DNA of 64,000 nucleotides from Acetivibrionales bacterium (GTDB lineage Bacteria; Bacillota; Clostridia; Acetivibrionales; DTU013): NCBI GenBank assembly GCA_050952225.1, contig JBMNKL010000001.1, positions 494,589 to 558,588 of the forward strand, read 5' to 3'. Shown piece by piece: positions 58,369 to 64,000 of this stretch (position 1 is its first letter; each line of letters starts with the position of its first letter). The notes under the pieces were generated by a model. It saw only the letters and a program-made list of their open reading frames with translations, ran no database searches and was not told where the DNA came from. The position numbers and the translations under genes were made by a program.

Positions 58369-59505
58369 ATGAAGCGATTGGTAACAGTGGTAATTGTAAT
58401 TTCCTTGCTGGTGGCTTCTGCCGTTCCGGTAGTGGCTGATGAACTGAGCAAGGTAAAGAGCCAAAAAACGTATACCGACAATCGAATCAGTGAATTAAAA
58501 AAGAAACAGAATGAAGAATTAAAGAAAAAATCGCAACTCGAACAGGAAAAGAAAAAAATAGCGACTGAGCAGGCTAATGAGAATAATGCATACCAGGAAC
58601 TGCTCAAGCAGGTCAGGGACGCCGAGGAAAACCTGAGGCAGACAGAGGCTGCGCTTGCCGAAGCGGTGGCAAATTATAACAAGCAACGGGAGCTTGTTAA
58701 AACCAGGCTTAAGATTATGTATAAAAACTCAGGCACGACCATGCTGGATACGCTGCTTGAGTCAAAAAGCGTGATTGAGTTCTACGAGAGGCTCCAATAC
58801 ATGTCGGTCATTTCGAGATATGACAACAATATGATAGAAGAATTGAATAACGCCAGGCAGGAAGTTGAGTATAAGAAAAAGCTGCAGCAGCAGGCAAAAG
58901 AGAACCTGGAGAGAAAAGTCAATGAAAAGGAAGAGCGTCTCTCCCGGCTGAAAACTTCCAGGGCGCAGGTTGAAAATGAAATCGCCAGGAGCAAGGCAGC
59001 GATTGACAAGCTTGAAAAAGAAATCGATGCCCAGATAGCCGAGTCAAAAAGGCTGGAAAGCGTTATAAAGAATCTCTCCACCAGGAAAAAATATGTGGGA
59101 GGCTCCATGGTATGGCCTGTTCCCAGTTCATATACCATAACCTCCTATTACGGCATGAGGAAGCATCCCATACTGAGGAAATATAAAATGCATACCGGCA
59201 TCGATATTGCAGCCAGCAAAGGCGCCTCGATAGTTGCTGCAAACAGCGGTACGGTTATCATGTCGCATTATGATAAAAGCGGCGGTTACGGCAATATGGT
59301 CGTCATCGACCATGGCGACGGGATCACCACCCTTTATGCGCATGCAAGCAAGCTCCTTGTAAAAGTGGGAGATGAAGTCAAAGCAGGCCAGACAATAGCA
59401 AAAGTAGGGAGTACCGGTTTATCCACAGGGAATCACCTGCATTTTGAGGTAAGGGTAAATGGTGTCACTAAGAACCCGCTTTCATCCGGATGGTTGTCTA
59501 AATAA
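58369..59505 (+). CDS. Coiled-coil plus M23 (LytM) peptidase-domain protein (EnvC/PcsB-like murein hydrolase or activator)
   Basis: Signal peptide, about 230 aa of coiled coil, and an M23 core with HTGIDIAA ... GNHLHFEV. Confidence 0.85.
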   Translation: MKRLVTVVIVISLLVASAVPVVADELSKVKSQKTYTDNRISELKKKQNEELKKKSQLEQEKKKIATEQANENNAYQELLKQVRDAEENLRQTEAALAEAVANYNKQRELVKTRLKIMYKNSGTTMLDTLLESKSVIEFYERLQYMSVISRYDNNMIEELNNARQEVEYKKKLQQQAKENLERKVNEKEERLSRLKTSRAQVENEIARSKAAIDKLEKEIDAQIAESKRLESVIKNLSTRKKYVGGSMVWPVPSSYTITSYYGMRKHPILRKYKMHTGIDIAASKGASIVAANSGTVIMSHYDKSGGYGNMVVIDHGDGITTLYAHASKLLVKVGDEVKAGQTIAKVGSTGLSTGNHLHFEVRVNGVTKNPLSSGWLSK

Positions 59506-59617
59506 GAAAAAATATTAATCTAAAACGTTACTTGATTTTAACTCGGTTAAAAACCGGGTTTATTTATTTTGTAGAGAGCATAAGATATATTGATTGACCC
59601 CGTAAGGAGAGTGCACG

Positions 59618-60847
59618 ATGGATAGGAAATTCTCAATTCGGCAGGTGGCTGCAATTGTAACGGCAGCCGTGACGGCTGCCGTATGCCTGACCATATTTTT
59701 GTTTTTTACGGTTAATTCATTCAGCAAAAGGTATATTATAAGTTTCGATGCAGATTCCGTAAATTATAAAAATATCAGCAAGTTCAACCGGGTAAGGGAA
59801 ATTCTTAAAAAAGACTTCTATAGAAATATTGATGAAAACAAAATGATCGAGGGGGCCATAAACGGCCTCGTGGAATCTTTGAACGACCCTTACACCGTTT
59901 ACTTCAACAAGGATGAGATGAAAGCATTTATGGAAAAGTCCCAGGGGAGCTATGTGGGCATAGGTGTTACTGTCAATGTTGATGAGAACGGGCTTCTGAC
60001 AGTAATTGAGCCATTTGAGAATTCTCCCGCAAAATCTGCCGGTATAAAGCAGGGCGATAAAATTATAAGAGTTAATGATAAAGATGTGACAGAAATCCGG
60101 GATGAGAATATGATAATAAGCATGATTAAGGGAAAAGAGAACACAAAGGTAAATATAACGGTATATCGCCCGGAAGAAAACAGGTACTTGCAGTTCGACA
60201 TCGTAAGAAAGCGCATCAGGGTGTCAAATATTAAAAGTGAAATCCTTGATGGTGAAATCGGGTATACCAAGCTTGTCATGTTTGACACTGAAATAGCTAA
60301 ATATTTCAAAAATGACCTTAATAAAATGCTGAACAGGGGGATAAAAGGCTTGATAATAGACCTCAGGGATAATCCCGGCGGGTCATATGAGCAGGTAATT
60401 GAAATCGCTGACAGCCTGCTTCCTGAAGGAATTATAGTGTATACCGAGGATAGAAACGGCAAAAAGAATGTTAGGAATTCCGACAAGAGAAATATCGGGC
60501 TGCCGCTGGCAATCCTGACCAACGGCAATAGCGCCAGCGCGTCGGAAATACTGGCAGGTGCGATAAAGGACCATGCAAGGGGAACGATCGTTGGAACCAG
60601 AACGTTCGGAAAAGGGCTCGTACAAGAGCTAAAAATGCTTGATGACGGTTCCGGTCTTAAAGTGACCGTGTCAAGGTACTTTACGCCGTCAGGAGCTTGC
60701 ATACATGGCAGCGGTATTGAACCGGATATCGTAATTGATGTGCCTGATGAATATAGAAACATGCCTGTTTCGCAAATACCCAGGAACGCGGATATCCAGC
60801 TTAAAGCCGCTATTGAGGCGGTAAAAGGGGAAATTAACCCCGATTAA
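59618..60847 (+). CDS. S41-family C-terminal processing peptidase (CtpA/CtpB-like) with a PDZ domain
   Basis: PDZ segment (SPAKSAGIKQGDKIIRVND) and catalytic region DLRDNPGG ... GNSASASE ... TFGKG. Confidence 0.85.
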   Translation: MDRKFSIRQVAAIVTAAVTAAVCLTIFLFFTVNSFSKRYIISFDADSVNYKNISKFNRVREILKKDFYRNIDENKMIEGAINGLVESLNDPYTVYFNKDEMKAFMEKSQGSYVGIGVTVNVDENGLLTVIEPFENSPAKSAGIKQGDKIIRVNDKDVTEIRDENMIISMIKGKENTKVNITVYRPEENRYLQFDIVRKRIRVSNIKSEILDGEIGYTKLVMFDTEIAKYFKNDLNKMLNRGIKGLIIDLRDNPGGSYEQVIEIADSLLPEGIIVYTEDRNGKKNVRNSDKRNIGLPLAILTNGNSASASEILAGAIKDHARGTIVGTRTFGKGLVQELKMLDDGSGLKVTVSRYFTPSGACIHGSGIEPDIVIDVPDEYRNMPVSQIPRNADIQLKAAIEAVKGEINPD

Positions 60848-60915
60848 TGCATAAAAGGTTTTTTTCTCCGTAAAATAAGGAGTAAATTCATGAAAGATAT
60901 GAGAGGCATGCAGAT

Positions 60916-61089
60916 ATGGAAAAAAACACGGACACATTGAAATTTGAAGTTGCAAGAGAACTGGGATTGGCTGAGAAAGTGCTTAAATTCGGGTGGAAAA
61001 GCCTGTCGGCAAAGGAAACGGGCAGGATCGGGGGCCTTGTATCAAAGAAAAGGAAGTTATTGCAAGGCTCAGAAAAGGGACATGTGTGA
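60916..61089 (+). CDS. Alpha/beta-type small acid-soluble spore protein-like ORF (57 aa; not in the supplied ORF track)
   Basis: LKFEVARELGL ... LSAKETGRIGGLVSKK resembles the two conserved SASP DNA-binding blocks. An upstream ATG at 60890 with an AAGGAG RBS would fuse in frame if the A7 run at 60920-60926 were A8. Confidence 0.45.
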   Translation: MEKNTDTLKFEVARELGLAEKVLKFGWKSLSAKETGRIGGLVSKKRKLLQGSEKGHV

Positions 61090-61325
61090 AATAGTTACGA
61101 GCAGTTGATATTTCCGCGCGGTTTTGAATATAAAGCTCCGGTTATGGATAATATAATATTGCATGTGCTTATTGTAACAAGCAATGCAAAAGTACAAGTA
61201 TTTTGTAGCGGATTATGTAATCCTTGTTCATTGACAAGCGGCAAAGCAATATGATAAACTGTTTTTGGTTTTGGCAAGCAGTAATTATGCGGTCAACTCC
61301 AAGTTAATTTCAGGAGGTTTATGTA

Positions 61326-61529
61326 ATGCAAAAAGGAAGAGTAAAATGGTTTAGCGCGGAAAAAGGTTTTGGATTCATCGAGAGGGAAGACGGAAACGAT
61401 GTTTTTGTACACTACTCTGCAATTACCATGGATGGGTTCAAGACCCTGGAAGAAGGCTGCGAAGTCGAGTTTGATGTCGTCGAAGGTACAAAGGGACCTC
61501 AGGCTGCAAATGTGACTAAGGTTGTGTAA
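61326..61529 (+). CDS. Cold-shock protein (CspA family)
   Basis: [17 protein letters not shown] (RNP1) and DVFVHYSAI (RNP2), 67 aa. Confidence 0.95.
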   Translation: MQKGRVKWFSAEKGFGFIEREDGNDVFVHYSAITMDGFKTLEEGCEVEFDVVEGTKGPQAANVTKVV

Positions 61530-61567
61530 ATAAAGTTAAAAGCTTTGACATATATCAAGCTGGCAGC

Positions 61568-61599
61568 AAAAACCCCGATATCGAAATATCGGGGTTTTT
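61568..61599 (+). terminator. Rho-independent terminator of the csp gene
   Basis: CCCCGATAT-CGAA-ATATCGGGG followed by TTTTT. Confidence 0.85.
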
Positions 61600-61766
61600 G
61601 GTTTCGTTATTTTTTTATGCGCTATGCTTGAATTGTTGAGCATGGGGGAGCAAGCCACAGAAAATACTAGCCCTTAGCGGGTAAACTAAATAAAGGATGC
61701 AAATTATTATTGACTTTGAAATATTATTTTTGTATACTATTGATTGTCGCTCAGCACAATAAACGT

Positions 61767-61842
61767 GGGCGCTTAGCTCAGCTGGGAGAGCACCTGCCTT
61801 ACAAGCAGGGGGTCATAGGTTCGAGCCCTATAGTGCCCACCA
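61767..61842 (+). tRNA. tRNA-Val (anticodon TAC)
   Basis: GGGCGCT acceptor stem, CTTACAA anticodon loop, GGTTCGAGCCC T-arm, CCA. Confidence 0.9.
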
Positions 61843-61895
61843 GCAGTTATCAGCTGCAAGTGGCATGATTCACAGACAACGGTATTGCAATATGT

Positions 61896-61972
61896 GGCCC
61901 GGTAGTTCAGTTGGTTAGAACGCTAGCCTGTCACGCTAGAGGCCGAGGGTTCGAGTCCCTTCCGGGTCGCCA
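61896..61972 (+). tRNA. tRNA-Asp (anticodon GTC)
   Basis: GGCCCGG acceptor stem, CTGTCAC anticodon loop, GGTTCGAGTCC T-arm, CCA. Confidence 0.9.
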
Positions 61973-62071
61973 GCAATACGGCATAAAGGGCAAGAATCCA
62001 AGGAGGAGCGAACCGCCAGGAAATAAAATGCGTTTTCGGTGGGGCGCACGAGGATTTCTGGCTCAGGTTAC

Positions 62072-62147
<76 letters not shown>

Positions 62148-62167
62148 AGCTTCTGCCATTTACACAC

Positions 62168-62242
62168 GCGGGATTAACTCAGTGGTAGAGTGTCACCTTG
62201 CCAAGGTGAAAGTCGCGAGTTCGAATCTCGTATCCCGCTCCA
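62168..62242 (+). tRNA. tRNA-Gly (anticodon GCC)
   Basis: GCGGGAT acceptor stem, TTGCCAA anticodon loop, AGTTCGAATCT T-arm, CCA. Confidence 0.9.
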
Positions 62243-62344
62243 GACATACAAAGACCAGGCATGCAATAATTTAACGCAGTATTTCTATTGATGCATAACC
62301 GTAACAATTACGGCTCCGGGTGCATGCATGGTCTCTATTAACGC

Positions 62345-62419
62345 GGCGCCATAGCCAAGTGGTAAGGCAAGGGTCTGCAAAACCCTCACTCCCCGGTTCA
62401 AGTCCGGGTGGCGCCTCCA
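62345..62419 (+). tRNA. tRNA-Cys (anticodon GCA)
   Basis: GGCGCCA acceptor stem, CTGCAAA anticodon loop, GGTTCAAGTCC T-arm, CCA. Confidence 0.9.
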
Positions 62420-62495
62420 ATGATACCAAGCCTTCCGAGGCCTGGTATTTTTCGTTGTAACGGCAAATGCCTGCAATTCTATCGACAGAATACCG

Positions 62496-62529
62496 AAAAA
62501 AAAAGCTTTCTTTTGAAAGCTTTTTTTTT
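62496..62529. terminator. Bidirectional terminator after the tRNA cluster
   Basis: A9-GCTTTC-TTTT-GAAAGC-T9. Confidence 0.8.
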
Positions 62530-62712
62530 GGTTGGCTGCCTTGTCGATTTTATTCGGGAGATAGAGCTTGTTCATAGTACAGCACCCTCATCGTCGTTGC
62601 GCTTCCTTAAAGCTTAAGGATAGATGTAGTATTACAATTGCTGTGACCTGGACTCTTAGTGACTGATGCATTGTCCTGTTCGCAATGGTACATATAAACC
62701 AGTCAATGCGAA

Positions 62713-63054
62713 TCAAAAAGAAATGCCGGTAAATATCCTGACAAGAGCCATATAGCACAGGGTGCCGCAGCCAATGCTAAGGAGCGTATTCCTTTTCCAA
62801 AGGTGCAGCGCGGCGACAACCGCAACTGAAATCAGCCCGGGTACGCTTCCTGAAATCCGGGTGAAATCAATATCTTTAAGGCAATAGATGACCAGTGTGG
62901 CAATAATCGCGGCAGGAAGATACTTCCCCAGGTATACGACCTTTTCGGGGATTTCCTTTTTGTTTCCGAATATCAAAAATGGTGCAAACCTGACGGCTAT
63001 TGTGCATATCGAAGCAACGGCAATACATAATAATACGTAAAGAGTACCCCTCAT
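62713..63054 (-). CDS. azlD: AzlD-family branched-chain amino acid transport protein
   Basis: 113 aa with 4 TM helices. Its start overlaps the azlC stop by 1 nt. Confidence 0.75.
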   Translation of the reverse strand: MRGTLYVLLCIAVASICTIAVRFAPFLIFGNKKEIPEKVVYLGKYLPAAIIATLVIYCLKDIDFTRISGSVPGLISVAVVAALHLWKRNTLLSIGCGTLCYMALVRIFTGISF

Positions 63055-63752
63055 TATTCCTGTCCCTCCCCGGCATTTTTCTCAACAAACGGCTTTGCGA
63101 TAAGCAAAAACAATACAGTTGCAATCAATGAAGGCATAATGAATTTGCCGCTGCCAAGAAGCAAAAGAAACAGGATTCCGGAAACCAGCCCTATAACTGC
63201 AGGCATATGGCATTTGGAACCCTTCCATTGCTCAATAAAAATTGTAACAAACAGCGCCGTCATTGAAAACTCGATTCCCGGCAGGTCAATGGCCGCCAGA
63301 TGTCCTGTTAATGCACCCGCAAGTGTGCCGGCAATCCAATAGCAATGGTTTAATAAAGCAATGCAGAATGAAGCCTTTTTTTCATCCACTCCATCCGGGT
63401 ATTCACATGAACACAACACTGAATAAGTTTCATCCGTGAGCGAAAAGACCATGTACGGGAATTTTCTGCCCATATCCCTGAATTTTTTGAGGAAAGGCAA
63501 TCCGTAAAAAATATGCCTGCTGTTAATAAAGAGTGTCGTAACTGCAACCGTTGCGATGGACGCCCCCGATGCCAGGAGGCCCGTCAGAACAAACTGCAGT
63601 GAACCGGCGTAAACAACCAGGCTGGAAAGAAGCGCCCACACCCAGTTGTAGCCGGTTTGCTGAAACAAGATCCCGAAAGCGTACCCAAGGAATAAATAAC
63701 CGAACATAACGGGAACAGTCTTCCTGAAACAGAACTTTATCATTATAGCCAT
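63054..63752 (-). CDS. azlC: AzlC-family branched-chain amino acid permease component
   Basis: PVMFGYLFLGYAFGIL ... YAGSLQFV signature, 232 aa. Confidence 0.8.
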   Translation of the reverse strand: MAIMIKFCFRKTVPVMFGYLFLGYAFGILFQQTGYNWVWALLSSLVVYAGSLQFVLTGLLASGASIATVAVTTLFINSRHIFYGLPFLKKFRDMGRKFPYMVFSLTDETYSVLCSCEYPDGVDEKKASFCIALLNHCYWIAGTLAGALTGHLAAIDLPGIEFSMTALFVTIFIEQWKGSKCHMPAVIGLVSGILFLLLLGSGKFIMPSLIATVLFLLIAKPFVEKNAGEGQE

Positions 63753-63907
63753 ACCTCACATTAGCAACCGCGGGCTCGGAAACCGCAATTACAAAAATGT
63801 CCTGATATAACGCGTATTATACCATAGTACGCTTTGCGGCTACAATTAAATTATCGTCAAGGGAGGACGTAATCTCCCGGGCAATCACTGCTTTACTGCT
63901 TTTTGCT

Positions 63908-64000
63908 CTATTCGGCAGCTTTAAAATTGTAAACGGGCTTTATTATATCAACTATCTCTACAGTATCTTGTATATTATCAATTATTTCATCCATCGGCTT
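63908..64000 (-). CDS. 3' end (30 codons) of a gene running off the window; function not assignable
   Basis: Open minus-strand frame ...MDEIIDNIQDTVEIVDIIKPVYNFKAAE ending at TAG (63908-63910). Confidence 0.3.
   Translation of the reverse strand, partial: KPMDEIIDNIQDTVEIVDIIKPVYNFKAAE

Noticed and set aside
59950-60762. 270-aa ORF on the minus strand
   Set aside because: It is antisense to the S41 peptidase gene. It is Ser/Ile/Phe-rich with no recognisable motif.

Overview
This 64-kb window looks like a chromosomal segment from a spore-forming Clostridia-type Firmicute. The supporting markers are a SpoVB-like flippase, an alpha/beta SASP-like ORF, ndoAI/ndoA-type mazEF, floA/nfeD, mrfAB-like genes and CtsR boxes. 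Most of the window is housekeeping. It holds 8 tRNAs in three clusters, dusB, nnr, ftsEX with an M23 activator and an S41 protease, and a cold-shock protein. It also holds an FMN riboswitch with ribU and a minus-strand arginine cluster ordered argC-argB-[PilZ]-argD-carA-carB-argF. Three parts look accessory or unusual. (1) At the 5' end (1-5.7 kb), a degraded IS21 element abuts the C-terminal remnant of an RHS polymorphic toxin. A promoterless, start-less orphan C-terminal cassette follows it, sharing a 427-bp direct repeat. This cassette carries an HExxHxxGxxD metallopeptidase-like payload and is followed by a small AT-rich membrane-protein gene, a candidate immunity gene. The island ends at tRNA-Met and tRNA-Glu. 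(2) A gene-decay patch at 38.4-43.4 kb holds a frameshifted AraC/GyrI regulator, GNAT and methyltransferase fragments, a duplicated 77-nt element and a 3x20-nt tandem repeat. (3) An 880-bp AT-rich intergenic region between argC and an msmX-like gene contains five copies of a 20-nt repeat and a GC-rich, hairpin-dense island. At least nine otherwise ordinary genes are broken by single-nucleotide frameshifts, several inside homopolymer runs. This must be resolved as assembly error versus real decay before any pseudogene call is trusted. No CRISPR array, rRNA or prophage was seen. All functional calls rest on motif and family recognition by eye, because no database search could be run.
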